Below, in pieces: positions 44,469-55,791 of a DNA stretch of 64,000 nt; positions within the stretch are counted from its first letter, which is position 1, and each line of letters begins with the position of its first letter. Location: positions 2,191,072 to 2,255,071 of the forward strand of contig OZ245842.1 of the NCBI GenBank assembly GCA_965228895.1, given 5' to 3'. Position numbers and translations under genes: made by a program. The notes below the pieces were generated by a model, which saw nothing but the letters and a program-made list of their open reading frames with translations, had not been told where the DNA came from and searched no databases. This DNA comes from Alphaproteobacteria bacterium (GTDB taxonomy: Bacteria; Pseudomonadota; Alphaproteobacteria; SP197).

Positions 44469-45976
44469 GTGTTGCCGCCGCGTCCGGCAAAGGTGACGGC
44501 TTCCTCGGCCGCGCGCAGCAGGGCCCGGGCCTTGTTGCGGCATTCCTGGTGTTCGGATTCCGGTACGCTGTCGGCGACCACCCCGGCGCCGGCCTGGACA
44601 TGCAGCACGCCGTCCTTGATGACGGCGGTTCTAAGCGCAATGCACGTGTCCATCGCGCCATCGGCGGCGAAGTAACCGATCGCGCCGCCGTAGACACCGC
44701 GGCGGTCGGTTTCCAGTTCGTCGATGATTTCCATCGCCCGCACCTTCGGTGCGCCGCTCACGGTGCCGGCCGGGAAACCGGCGACAAGCGCATCGATGGC
44801 GTCATAGTCGGGGTTCAGGTCGCCCTCGACGTTCGAGCTGATGTGCATGACGTGACTGTAGTACTCGATCTCGAACCGCTCGGTGACACGCACCGAGCCG
44901 GTCTTGGCAACCCGTCCGACATCGTTGCGGCCCAGATCAAGTAGCATCAGGTGTTCGGCGCACTCCTTGGGGTCGTCCAACAGCTCGGTCGCCAGGGCAT
45001 CGTCCTCAGCCCGGTCGGCGCCGCGCTTGCGGGTGCCGGCAAGCGGGCGAATGGTCACCTTGTCGTCGCGCACGCGCACAAGGATCTCGGGGCTGGAACC
45101 GACGACCGCGAAGTCGCCGAACTCCAGATAGAATAGAAAAGGCGACGGGTTCACCCGGCGCAGTGCACGGTAGTAAGAGAGCGGCGGCAGGCTAAACGGC
45201 AGATCGAAACGCTGGGACAGCACGATCTGGAACGCGTCGCCGGCGTTGATGTAATCCTTGGCCGCGTCGACAATTTCCAGAAAACGCTCGTGGCTGGTGT
45301 TTGATCGGGCTTCGCCCAGATCGTCGGGCAGATTGCTGTCCCGGCCGTGGGGCAGGGCGCGCTCGAAGTCGGCGACGATATCGGCCAGCCGCTCGCAGGC
45401 CCGGCCATAGGCCGCCCGCGCGTTGACGCCGGCTTCCGGCCACACCGGCGTTACGACGGTGACCTCATCGGCCACGTTATCGAAGATCGCCATAATGGTC
45501 GGGCGCAGCAGCAGACCATCCGGTACGTCGATGGCGCGCTCCTTGTCGGTGGGCAGCCGCTCCATCAGCCGCACCATCTCGTAGCCGACATAACCCACCA
45601 GGGCGGCGGCCATGGGCGGCAACTCGTCCGGCAGGTCGATATGGCACTCGCGCACCAGACTTTTCAGCGACGCAATCGCGCCGTCGTCTTCAGCCACGAA
45701 CGCGTCGGTGTCGAACCGGGCGCGGCGATTGATCTCGGCAAGATTATCCCGGCAGCGCCAGACCAGATCGGGTTTCAACCCGATGATCGAATAACGTCCG
45801 CGCGTCGCGCCGCCCTCGACCGACTCCAGCAAGAAGCTGTTCGGCTGGCCGTCGGCCAGTTTCAGCATGGCCGAGACGGGCGTTTCCAGGTCGGCGACCA
45901 GCTTGGTCCAAACGACCTGCGGCTTATCGTTCTGGTATGGGCCGCTGAACCGGTCGATATCGGGTAAGACGTTCAT
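44465..45976 (-). CDS. trpE: Anthranilate synthase component I
   Basis: 503 aa chorismate-binding enzyme with LLESVEGG and GAIGYF motifs. Start is 7 nt after the upstream PPIase stop. Confidence 0.9.
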   Translation of the reverse strand: MNVLPDIDRFSGPYQNDKPQVVWTKLVADLETPVSAMLKLADGQPNSFLLESVEGGATRGRYSIIGLKPDLVWRCRDNLAEINRRARFDTDAFVAEDDGAIASLKSLVRECHIDLPDELPPMAAALVGYVGYEMVRLMERLPTDKERAIDVPDGLLLRPTIMAIFDNVADEVTVVTPVWPEAGVNARAAYGRACERLADIVADFERALPHGRDSNLPDDLGEARSNTSHERFLEIVDAAKDYINAGDAFQIVLSQRFDLPFSLPPLSYYRALRRVNPSPFLFYLEFGDFAVVGSSPEILVRVRDDKVTIRPLAGTRKRGADRAEDDALATELLDDPKECAEHLMLLDLGRNDVGRVAKTGSVRVTERFEIEYYSHVMHISSNVEGDLNPDYDAIDALVAGFPAGTVSGAPKVRAMEIIDELETDRRGVYGGAIGYFAADGAMDTCIALRTAVIKDGVLHVQAGAGVVADSVPESEHQECRNKARALLRAAEEAVTFAGRGGNT

Positions 45977-45983
45977 GAAGAAC

Positions 45984-47867
45984 CTAGAATCGCTGAGAGA
46001 TCAGCTCGCGGTTGATGTTGACCTCATAAGCCTGACGCAGGTAGGCGATGTGCTGATCGGCGATTGCCTGCCGCGTGCCGCCGGCGACCGAGCCGTTCAT
46101 GGCCTGGAACTGGTCGGGATCGCTCTCGGGATTAACCGCCTCAACCGTCTTCAGGCGCGCGATGACCTGGGCGTCGCCGCGCTCGCTTGGCCTGACGACG
46201 ATGTCGCCTGGCGCGGCATCGAACAGGGCGGCGACGATGGAAAGGTCGGCACCTGCGGTCAGCGGCAAGGTGCTGCGGGTCAGCGTCTCCTCGCCCAGCG
46301 CCAGGAAACCGGAGAAGGCGGGCACGTCGCCGAGCGGAATGTCGCTGGCGAGTGTTTGGGCGATATCTTCGGCCGCCAGGGTGGCATTCAACGACAGTTG
46401 ATCGCTGCGCCAGTCCTCGAGAACCTGCGCCTCGACTTCGGCGAAATCGCGCATCCGAGCAGCCGAAACTTCCGACACTTCGACAGACAGCAAAGCGCCT
46501 GAATCGGTCTCGATAACCGGAGAAGGTTCGTTGGGGAAGGCAAGGAAGAGCTCTTCCAGAAACTCCGGGTCCGAGGGGATGATATGGAAACTCATCGGGT
46601 CGGCCGTATTGCCGAACTGGTCAACCTGGTTGATCGTGCGCACTTCCAGACCCATGGTCGCAGCGGCCTGGCGCAACGTGTCGCCGGCAATCAGCAGGTC
46701 ATCGAGGTCGTTGATCAGGTCGAACAGGCTATCGGTCGCGCGCTCGATCGCGACGAGCCTTTCCAGTTCCTCGCGCGCTTCGTCAAAGCTCTGTGTGCTG
46801 CCGGGTTCGATCTCGGTCACCCGGAAGATCTGCCAACCACCGAAAGGCGATGCGACGGGCTCGCTGAAGGCGTTGAGATCAAGGGCGAAGATCGGTTCTG
46901 AAATCTCACCGAACAGCTCGTTGGGACCGAAGTTGCCGAGTTCGGTTGCGTCGGGCGTCTGACCCGCGTCGACCGCCACCGTCTCGAAATCGGCGGCGGT
47001 GTTCAGTTGATCATAGGCCGCGCGTGCCGCCTCCTCGCTGTCGAAACTGATCTGCTGCACGGTCCGGCGTTCCGGCGTTACCCAGCGGTTGAGCGACGCA
47101 TCGTATTCGTCGCGCAGAATTTCTTCGTCGATCAGGATGTCGGCGGCAAGATCCTCGGCACGGACCAGGATGTAGTCCGCGGTTCGATATTCCGGTGCCC
47201 GGTAGTCGTCGACACGGGCCTCGAAATAGCGCTCCAACTCACCGGGCTCAGGCACGGCGTCATCGGCCAGCTCGTCGTTCGACACGACCAGAATTTCGGC
47301 CGTGCGCTGTTCGTACCGATACTTGTAGAGCGCCTGGACCATGGTATCGGGCAAGGGTGGTGCGGCCCGGAAGCTGTCGGTCAACTGGGCGCTCGTCAAC
47401 TGGTTGGTCAAATTGCCGACATACATCTGCTCTGAGACGCCGATATTGGCCAGAACCATCGGAAAGAGGCCGGGATCGAACTGGCCCGCTTGGTTGTGGA
47501 AAGCGGGATTTGCCGCGATTGCGTCGGCCACGGTCTCTTGATTGATGGTGATCCCCTGGGCCGCGGCCTCCTGGTCGAACAACGCGCGGTCGATCAACTG
47601 GTTGAGAACGACATCAAGCAGAACATCGGCCAGCTCGCTACCCGGTTCGACGGCGACGCCGGATTGGGCGAGCGTGGCGGTCTCTCTGCTGTAGGCCAGG
47701 GCCAATTGCTCATAACTGATCGAGATCGAGCCGGCGTCGGCCGCCGTTGTCGCGCTGTCGCCTCGAAATACGTCGCCGATACCCCAGACCACGAAGCTCA
47801 GGGCGATGATGGTCAGGAAGATTTTGGCGACCCAGCTTCCGGCGCCTTTGCGCATCTTCATCAGCAT
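45984..47867 (-). CDS. PpiD/SurA-like periplasmic peptidyl-prolyl cis-trans isomerase chaperone
   Basis: About 627 aa from MLMKMRKGAGSWVAKIFLTIIALSFVVWGIG (N-terminal anchor) plus a parvulin-like region. Start is one of three closely spaced Met. Confidence 0.7.
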   Translation of the reverse strand: MLMKMRKGAGSWVAKIFLTIIALSFVVWGIGDVFRGDSATTAADAGSISISYEQLALAYSRETATLAQSGVAVEPGSELADVLLDVVLNQLIDRALFDQEAAAQGITINQETVADAIAANPAFHNQAGQFDPGLFPMVLANIGVSEQMYVGNLTNQLTSAQLTDSFRAAPPLPDTMVQALYKYRYEQRTAEILVVSNDELADDAVPEPGELERYFEARVDDYRAPEYRTADYILVRAEDLAADILIDEEILRDEYDASLNRWVTPERRTVQQISFDSEEAARAAYDQLNTAADFETVAVDAGQTPDATELGNFGPNELFGEISEPIFALDLNAFSEPVASPFGGWQIFRVTEIEPGSTQSFDEAREELERLVAIERATDSLFDLINDLDDLLIAGDTLRQAAATMGLEVRTINQVDQFGNTADPMSFHIIPSDPEFLEELFLAFPNEPSPVIETDSGALLSVEVSEVSAARMRDFAEVEAQVLEDWRSDQLSLNATLAAEDIAQTLASDIPLGDVPAFSGFLALGEETLTRSTLPLTAGADLSIVAALFDAAPGDIVVRPSERGDAQVIARLKTVEAVNPESDPDQFQAMNGSVAGGTRQAIADQHIAYLRQAYEVNINRELISQRF

Positions 47868-48030
47868 GGTGGAGCCGATCCGTCGTTGTTGTTGGGTCAG
47901 GCGAGAGGCGACGCATCTTAAGTGACAGCCGCCGGCAACGGCAAACGGCCATGCGGACCTCCGCGAAGGGTGCTTTTTCCTCTGTCGGCCCCGTGTTAGC
48001 AAGGCAAAATCTGTACATGCGGGGAGCACC

Positions 48031-48786
48031 ATGAGACGTCACCTGGTTGCCGGGAACTGGAAAATGAACGGCCTGGTGGCCGATAGCGTGGCCCGTGTCG
48101 AGGAGCTCGCCAGTCTTGCCTCGCTGCAGCCGCCTGCCTGCGATGTGCTGATCTGCCCGCCCGCGACGCTGATTGTGCCGCTCAGGGGTTATGTCAGCGC
48201 TGGTGCCATGGCCCTGGGCGGCCAGAATTGCCATCACGAGGACAGCGGTGCCTTCACGGGCGATATCGCCGCGCTCATGCTGTCGGATATCGGCTGCAGT
48301 CACGTTATCGTGGGACATTCGGAGCGGCGCAGGGATCACGGCGAAACCAACGCGATGGTGGCAGCCAAGGTGGCTGCGGCCCACCGCGCGGGATTGCAGG
48401 CGATTGTCTGTGTCGGCGAGAACAAGACGGAGCGCGACGCCGGCCAGGCCGCCGACGTGGTCGCCCGGCAGGTGCGCGAGAGCCTGCCTAAGGGTGCCAG
48501 TGCCGGGGATACGGTGATTGCCTATGAGCCGGTTTGGGCTATCGGCACCGGCGACACGGCGACGCCCGGCGATGTCGAGGCGATCCACACCATGATCCGA
48601 GAGGTGCTGACTGAATTGGTCGGCGGTGAAGCGACCGGCATGAGGCTGCTCTACGGAGGTTCGGTCAAGCCCGACAATGCCGCGGAACTGCTGACTATCG
48701 ACGACGTCGATGGCGCGCTTGTGGGCGGTGCCAGTTTGAAGCCAGCTGACTTCTGGGCCATTGCCCAGGCTTGCCCGCGGGCCTAA
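48031..48786 (+). CDS. tpiA: Triosephosphate isomerase
   Basis: 251 aa with VAGNWKMNG, VGHSERR and YEPVWAIGTG motifs. Confidence 0.9.
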   Translation: MRRHLVAGNWKMNGLVADSVARVEELASLASLQPPACDVLICPPATLIVPLRGYVSAGAMALGGQNCHHEDSGAFTGDIAALMLSDIGCSHVIVGHSERRRDHGETNAMVAAKVAAAHRAGLQAIVCVGENKTERDAGQAADVVARQVRESLPKGASAGDTVIAYEPVWAIGTGDTATPGDVEAIHTMIREVLTELVGGEATGMRLLYGGSVKPDNAAELLTIDDVDGALVGGASLKPADFWAIAQACPRA

Positions 48787-48908
48787 CTGGACCCACATAG
48801 AAGCTGGGCTTTCTGCGCTGGCATAGGCTTGGCAGCTATGCTAAACGCTGCCGCGCTGTGCCGGGCACAGCAATCCGGTCCCTTGTTTAACGAACAGGTC
48901 CAGTCGTC

Positions 48909-49259
48909 ATGGAGACGGTACTCGTCCTCCTGCATGTGTGTTTTGCCATTGCGATCGTTGCCTTGGTGCTGCTTCAGCGCAGCGAGGGCGGCGGTTTGGG
49001 TCTTGGCGGCGGTGGTGGTGGCGGCGGTGGCGCCGGTTCCATGGGCGGCCTTATGTCCTCGCGTGGCACGGCCAATCTTCTGACCCGCGCGACGGCGATC
49101 GTCGCGGCGTTGTTCTTCGCCACCAGCATGGCGCTCAGCATCTGGGTCGCCAACACCAGCGGACCGAGATCGATTGTCGACGACATCCCCGCATCGACCG
49201 CGACAACGGCGCCGGCGGATGACGACACCGGTATGCCGAGCGTGCCCGTCGGCGAATGA
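48909..49259 (+). CDS. secG: Preprotein translocase subunit SecG
   Basis: 116 aa with two TM segments flanking a Gly-rich loop (GGGLGLGGGGGGGGGAGSMGG). Confidence 0.85.
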   Translation: METVLVLLHVCFAIAIVALVLLQRSEGGGLGLGGGGGGGGGAGSMGGLMSSRGTANLLTRATAIVAALFFATSMALSIWVANTSGPRSIVDDIPASTATTAPADDDTGMPSVPVGE

Positions 49260-49354
49260 TTTCGCTGGGCGCCTCTAAATCATCCACACATCATAGTCGA
49301 CTTGCCTCCGAAGGCCTCTTGGGCATCGGCATGCTTGTGGTAGGCTGATCGCCC

Positions 49355-50983
49355 ATGGCGCGGTACATATTTGTCACCGGCGGCGTGGTCTCTTCCCTTG
49401 GTAAGGGCCTGACAACGGCCGCATTAGGCGCGTTGCTGCAAGCACGGGGTTACCGTGTGCGGCTGCGCAAGTTCGATCCCTATTTGAATGTCGATCCCGG
49501 CACCATGAGCCCGTATCAGCATGGTGAGGTCTATGTGACCGACGATGGTGCGGAGACCGATCTGGACCTCGGCCATTACGAACGGTTCACCGGCGTGCCG
49601 GCGCGTCAGAGCGACACGGTGACCAGCGGCAAGGTCTATTCCGACGTCATCATGCACGAGCGACGCGGCGACTATCTTGGCGGTACGGTCCAGGTCATCC
49701 CCCACGTCACCGACGCCATCAAGGATTACATCGGCGCCCAGACCGATGACGCGGACTTCGTGCTGTGCGAGATCGGCGGCACCATCGGCGACATCGAAAG
49801 CCTGCCGTTTCTGGAAGCGATCCGGCAGTTGGCACAGGAGTTGCCGCATCGCCATGCGATCTTCATTCACCACACCCTGGTGCCGTATTTGAAGGCAGCC
49901 GGCGAGCTGAAAACCAAACCGACCCAGCATTCGGTCAAGGAAATGCGCTCGATCGGTCTGCAGCCGGATATCCTGGTTTGCCGCAGCGAGCATCCGATTC
50001 CCGACAGCGAGCGGCGCAAGATCGCGCGCTTTTGCAACGTCGCGGTTTCCGCCGTTATTCCGGCGCTCGACGTCGACACGATCTATCAGGTGCCGATCAG
50101 TTATCACGATGCCGGTCTGGATCGTGAAGTGCTGCAGGCCTTCGGCATCACCGACCAGCGCGGACCCGACCTTTCGTCATGGCGCCGTATTGTCAGCGAC
50201 GTCCGCCAACCGGACGGCGAGGTCTCGATCGCCGTGGTCGGCAAGTACACCGGTTTGAAGGATGCCTATAAGTCGCTCTCCGAAGCCTTGACCCATGGCG
50301 GCATCGCCAACCGGGTCTCGGTCAAGCTGACCTGGATCGATTCGGAGATTTTCGAACAGGAAGACGCGGTTAGCCGGCTGGATGATGTCGACGGCATTTT
50401 GGTGCCCGGCGGTTTCGGCGAACGCGGCGCGGAAGGCAAGATCGCCGCCGCGACTTTCGCGCGTCAGCACAAGGTACCGTATTTCGGCATTTGTTTCGGC
50501 ATGCAGATGGCGGTGATCGAGGCCGCGCGCAGCCTGGTTGGTTTGCCGGGCGCATCATCGACGGAGTTCGGGCCGTGCGAAGATGCGGTTGTCGGCCTGC
50601 TGACCGAGTGGTCGCGCGGCAATACAGTCGAGCGCCGTGAGGCCGATGGCGATATGGGCGGCACCATGCGGTTGGGCGCCTATGACTGCGACCTTGTTGC
50701 TGACACAAAGGTTGCCGATATCTACGGCCAAGGCCACATCTCCGAACGTCACCGGCACCGCTACGAGGTCAACATCAACTACCGCGACCGCCTGGAAAAA
50801 GCCGGCATGGTGTTCTCCGGCCTGTCGCCCGACGGGGCGCTGCCGGAAATCATCGAACTTGCGGATCATCCCTGGTTTGTCGGTGTCCAATTCCACCCGG
50901 AACTGAAATCCAAGCCGTTTGAGCCGCATCCGCTGTTTGCCTCGTTCATCCAGGCCGCGGTCGAGCAATCAAGGCTGGTTTGA
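49355..50983 (+). CDS. pyrG: CTP synthase
   Basis: 542 aa with [18 protein letters not shown] and GICFGMQ motifs. Confidence 0.95.
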   Translation: MARYIFVTGGVVSSLGKGLTTAALGALLQARGYRVRLRKFDPYLNVDPGTMSPYQHGEVYVTDDGAETDLDLGHYERFTGVPARQSDTVTSGKVYSDVIMHERRGDYLGGTVQVIPHVTDAIKDYIGAQTDDADFVLCEIGGTIGDIESLPFLEAIRQLAQELPHRHAIFIHHTLVPYLKAAGELKTKPTQHSVKEMRSIGLQPDILVCRSEHPIPDSERRKIARFCNVAVSAVIPALDVDTIYQVPISYHDAGLDREVLQAFGITDQRGPDLSSWRRIVSDVRQPDGEVSIAVVGKYTGLKDAYKSLSEALTHGGIANRVSVKLTWIDSEIFEQEDAVSRLDDVDGILVPGGFGERGAEGKIAAATFARQHKVPYFGICFGMQMAVIEAARSLVGLPGASSTEFGPCEDAVVGLLTEWSRGNTVERREADGDMGGTMRLGAYDCDLVADTKVADIYGQGHISERHRHRYEVNINYRDRLEKAGMVFSGLSPDGALPEIIELADHPWFVGVQFHPELKSKPFEPHPLFASFIQAAVEQSRLV

Positions 50984-51825
50984 TCATGACATCCAAACAC
51001 GTCCAGATCGGCCCGGTCACCGTCGGCAACGATCTCAGTCTCACCGTGATTGCCGGACCGTGCGCGATAGAAGGCCGCGACCATGCGCTCAAGACCGCGG
51101 AGCGGCTGGTCAGGATCACCGAACAGGCGGGTGTCGGTTTCATCTACAAAAGTTCGTTCGACAAGGCGAACCGCACGAGTATCGAAAGCGGACGCGGTAT
51201 CGGTATCGAGGAGGGGCTCCGGATCCTGACCGACGTGCGTGACACTCATGGCTGCCCGGTCTTGACGGATGTGCACGAGCGCGAGCAATGCACGGCCGTG
51301 GGCGAGGCGGTCGACGTCCTTCAGATCCCGGCGTTCTTGTGCCGCCAGACTGACCTTCTGGTCGCCGCCGGCAAAACCGGCAAGGCGGTCAATGTAAAGA
51401 AGGGCCAGTTCCTGGCGCCATGGGACATGAAACATGTGGCCGCCAAGGTCGCGGCGACTGGCAACGACAACATTATGTTGACCGAGCGTGGGGCGACGTT
51501 TGGTTACAACCTTCTGGTCTCCGACATGCGTTCGCTGCCGATCATGGCCGAGGAAGGTTATCCCGTTGTGTTCGATGCCACCCACTCGGTGATGCAGCCC
51601 GGTGGCCAGGGCGGCAAGAGCGGCGGCCAGCGTGAGTTTGTCCCGGTTCTGGCCCGTGCTGCGGTGGCGGTCGGTACCGCGGCGGTCTTCATGGAAACCC
51701 ATGAAGATCCGGACAGCGCGCCCAGCGATGGCCCCAACATGGTGCCGCTGGACGACATGCCGGAACTCTTGGCGACGCTTGTCGCCCTTGACGGCTTGGT
51801 GAAGAAACGGGCAAACACCGCCTGA
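50980..51825 (+). CDS. kdsA: 2-dehydro-3-deoxyphosphooctonate aldolase
   Basis: 281 aa, DAHP-synthase family short form. Conserved pyrG-kdsA-eno order. Confidence 0.9.
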   Translation: MIMTSKHVQIGPVTVGNDLSLTVIAGPCAIEGRDHALKTAERLVRITEQAGVGFIYKSSFDKANRTSIESGRGIGIEEGLRILTDVRDTHGCPVLTDVHEREQCTAVGEAVDVLQIPAFLCRQTDLLVAAGKTGKAVNVKKGQFLAPWDMKHVAAKVAATGNDNIMLTERGATFGYNLLVSDMRSLPIMAEEGYPVVFDATHSVMQPGGQGGKSGGQREFVPVLARAAVAVGTAAVFMETHEDPDSAPSDGPNMVPLDDMPELLATLVALDGLVKKRANTA

Positions 51826-53157
<1,332 letters not shown>

Positions 53158-53186
53158 CCGCTATTGCTGCCTTCCGGCATTCGGAA

Positions 53187-53219
53187 ATCAGGCCAAATTG
53201 CTGATTTATAGCGTTTTTT
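53187..53219 (+). terminator. Candidate eno intrinsic terminator
   Basis: ATCAG-N9-CTGAT stem followed by TTATAGCGTTTTTT, 30 nt after the eno stop. Confidence 0.4.
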
Positions 53220-53255
53220 CTTGACCTCTTCAGGTGCTGGTGATTCACTGCGCTC

Positions 53256-53573
53256 ATGGTTCGACTTCGCGAACGTTTGCGCCGCTCCGCTAAGCACCTG
53301 CCGGGTCTGGTTGGCATGTGCGCTGTCGTGTATTTCGGCTATCACGCGATCCAGGGCGATCGCGGCCTCCTGACCCTGATCAAGCTGGACAATCGGGTTG
53401 CCTCGGTGAGCCACCAGGTTGACGTTGTGAGGGACGAGCAAATGGGCCTGGCGCAGCGAGTTTCGCTGATGCGCCCGGCCAGTCTGGACCGCGACATGCT
53501 GGAAGAGCAGGTTCGTCTGGTCCTGAACTATACCCATCCCAACGACGTCGTGATCCAGATCGACGAACGCTAA
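53256..53573 (+). CDS. ftsB: FtsB/DivIC-like septum formation initiator
   Basis: 105 aa with N-terminal TM and coiled coil. Conserved eno-ftsB-pdhA position in alphaproteobacteria. Confidence 0.75.
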   Translation: MVRLRERLRRSAKHLPGLVGMCAVVYFGYHAIQGDRGLLTLIKLDNRVASVSHQVDVVRDEQMGLAQRVSLMRPASLDRDMLEEQVRLVLNYTHPNDVVIQIDER

Positions 53574-53728
53574 GCGGTGTTGGGAAAACCCCCTCGCGGG
53601 GGAAAAATCCTACCAGTTTCATGTTTTTGTGACGGTGCGGCGCTTGCAAGCGGGCAAACGGGTCCCTAATTTGCGTGCAAGCGATCGGCGCGTTTGATCG
53701 CGCCAGGCGCATTCATCTAGGGGGACGC

Positions 53729-54772
53729 ATGGCCCGCACGACAGCGAGCAAGAGCCGAGCCGGTGGACGCAAGGCCGCACCGGCTAAAGCAGCAGCCAGC
53801 CAGATTGCCGGTGAGGAGCTCCTGAACTGCTATCAGCAGATGTTGCTGGTGCGCCGTTTCGAGGAAAAAGTCGGCCAGATGTACGGCATGGGCCTGATCG
53901 GCGGCTTTTGCCATCTCTATATCGGCCAGGAAGCCGTCGTCGTCGGCATGGACCACGCCTGCCGGCCCGATGACGCTGTGATTACCAGTTACCGTTGCCA
54001 CGCCCACGCGCTGATCCGCGGTGTCCCAGCCAAGGCCGTGATGGCCGAATTGACAGGCCGCGCCGCCGGTATCTCGAAAGGCAAGGGCGGTTCCATGCAC
54101 ATGTTCGACCGCGAACTCGGCTTTTATGGTGGCCACGGCATCGTCGCCGCCCAAGTGCCGATTGGTGCTGGCATCGCGTTTGCGATGAAGTATCGCGAAC
54201 AGGATACGGTCTCACTCGACTATTTCGGCGAAGGCGCCGCCAACCAGGGACAGGTCTATGAGACCTTCAACATGGCGAGCCTTTGGAAACTGCCGGTCGT
54301 TTTTGTTGTCGAGAACAACCAATACGCCATGGGCACGTCGATCGAACGATCGAAGGCCGGCACCGAACTCTACCGTCGCGGCGAGGCGTTCGGCATTCCC
54401 GGTATCGAAGTCGACGGCATGGATGTCGAGGCGGTGTGCCAGGCCGGTGCCGAGGCGATCGCCCATTGCCGTGCCGGCGAAGGGCCGATCCTGGTCGAGA
54501 TGAAGACCTATCGCTACCGCGGCCATTCCATGTCCGATCCGGCGAAGTACCGGTCCAAGGACGAGGTCAAGAAGATGCGTGCCGAGCACGATCCGATCGA
54601 CCACATCCGCGCGGTCTTGATCGAACGTGGCGAAGCCGATGACGACAAGCTGAAAGAGATTGACCGCGAGGTGAAGTCGCAGGTCGCCGAGGCCGCCGAA
54701 TTCGCCCAGAACGCGCCAGAGCCCGAACTCGAAGAACTCTACACCGACGTTTACGCCGGCGAAGCGGCCTAA
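53729..54772 (+). CDS. pdhA: Pyruvate dehydrogenase E1 alpha subunit
   Basis: 347 aa from Met MARTTASKSRAGGRKAAPAKAAAS with AGGGGGA ribosome-binding site. TPP-binding GDG...N motif. Track ORF 53675 trimmed. Confidence 0.9.
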   Translation: MARTTASKSRAGGRKAAPAKAAASQIAGEELLNCYQQMLLVRRFEEKVGQMYGMGLIGGFCHLYIGQEAVVVGMDHACRPDDAVITSYRCHAHALIRGVPAKAVMAELTGRAAGISKGKGGSMHMFDRELGFYGGHGIVAAQVPIGAGIAFAMKYREQDTVSLDYFGEGAANQGQVYETFNMASLWKLPVVFVVENNQYAMGTSIERSKAGTELYRRGEAFGIPGIEVDGMDVEAVCQAGAEAIAHCRAGEGPILVEMKTYRYRGHSMSDPAKYRSKDEVKKMRAEHDPIDHIRAVLIERGEADDDKLKEIDREVKSQVAEAAEFAQNAPEPELEELYTDVYAGEAA

Positions 54773-54784
54773 GGGGGCAAGCAG

Positions 54785-55771
54785 ATGGTCGAGATTACCG
54801 TACGCGACGCCTTGCGCGATGCTATGGCTGAAGAGATGCGCCGCGATCCCGATGTCTTCCTGATCGGCGAGGAGGTTGCGGAGTATCAGGGCGCCTACAA
54901 GGTGAGCCAGGGTCTGCTCGAAGAGTTCGGCGCCCGCCGGGTTGTCGACACACCGATCACCGAGCACGGCTTTGCCGGCCTCAGCGTCGGCGCCGCGTTC
55001 GCCGGGCTCAGACCCATTACCGAGTTCATGACCTTCAACTTCGCCATGCAGGCGATGGACCATCTGATCAACTCGGCGGCCAAGACGCTCTACATGTCGG
55101 CCGGCCAGATCAATGTGCCCATCGTGTTTCGCGGCCCCAACGGTGCTGCCGCGCGTGTCGCCGCACAGCATTCCCAGAATTACGCGAGTTGGTACAGCCA
55201 TGTCCCCGGCTTGAAGGTTGTCGCGCCTTACTCGGCAGAGGATGCCAAGGGCCTTTTGAAGTCGGCGATCCGTGACCCCAATCCTGTGGTCGTCCTTGAG
55301 AACGAATTGCTCTATGGCGAGACCTTCACGCTGCCCGACGATGACGACTTTCTGGTGCCGATCGGCAAGGCCAAGATCGAGCGCGAAGGCAGCGACGTCA
55401 CCATTGTCTCGTTCTCGATTGTTCTTGGACGGGCGTTGCAGGCTGCCGAGGTTTTGGCTGGCGAAGGGATCGAGGCGGAGGTGATTAACCTCAGGAGCCT
55501 GCGCCCGATGGACACAGAGACGATCCTGACGTCGCTCGCCAAGACCAACCGACTGGTGTGCGCCGAGGAGGGCTGGCCGCAATCCGGTGTCGGCGCGGAG
55601 GTCGCCGCGGTGTGTATGGAGCAGGGGTTCGACCTGTTGGATGCGCCGGTCAAGCGGGTCTGCGGCGTCGACGTGCCGTTGCCCTATGCCGCCAATCTCG
55701 AACATGCGGCGCAGCCGCAGGTCGAGACGATTGTCGAGGCGGTCAAGGCCGTCTGTTACACCGATGCCTGA
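54785..55771 (+). CDS. pdhB: Pyruvate dehydrogenase E1 beta subunit (no lipoyl domain)
   Basis: 328 aa transketolase-like C-terminal domains. No N-terminal lipoyl-attachment domain. Confidence 0.9.
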   Translation: MVEITVRDALRDAMAEEMRRDPDVFLIGEEVAEYQGAYKVSQGLLEEFGARRVVDTPITEHGFAGLSVGAAFAGLRPITEFMTFNFAMQAMDHLINSAAKTLYMSAGQINVPIVFRGPNGAAARVAAQHSQNYASWYSHVPGLKVVAPYSAEDAKGLLKSAIRDPNPVVVLENELLYGETFTLPDDDDFLVPIGKAKIEREGSDVTIVSFSIVLGRALQAAEVLAGEGIEAEVINLRSLRPMDTETILTSLAKTNRLVCAEEGWPQSGVGAEVAAVCMEQGFDLLDAPVKRVCGVDVPLPYAANLEHAAQPQVETIVEAVKAVCYTDA

Positions 55772-55791
55772 GCGATGAAGGGGAAACCGAG

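Noticed and set aside
53590-53603. Considered calling the CCCCC-TCGC-GGGGG hairpin the ftsB terminator.
   Set aside because: On the plus strand it is followed by AAAAAUCC rather than a U-run. Only the minus-strand orientation is terminator-like, so it is reported as a finding rather than a feature.
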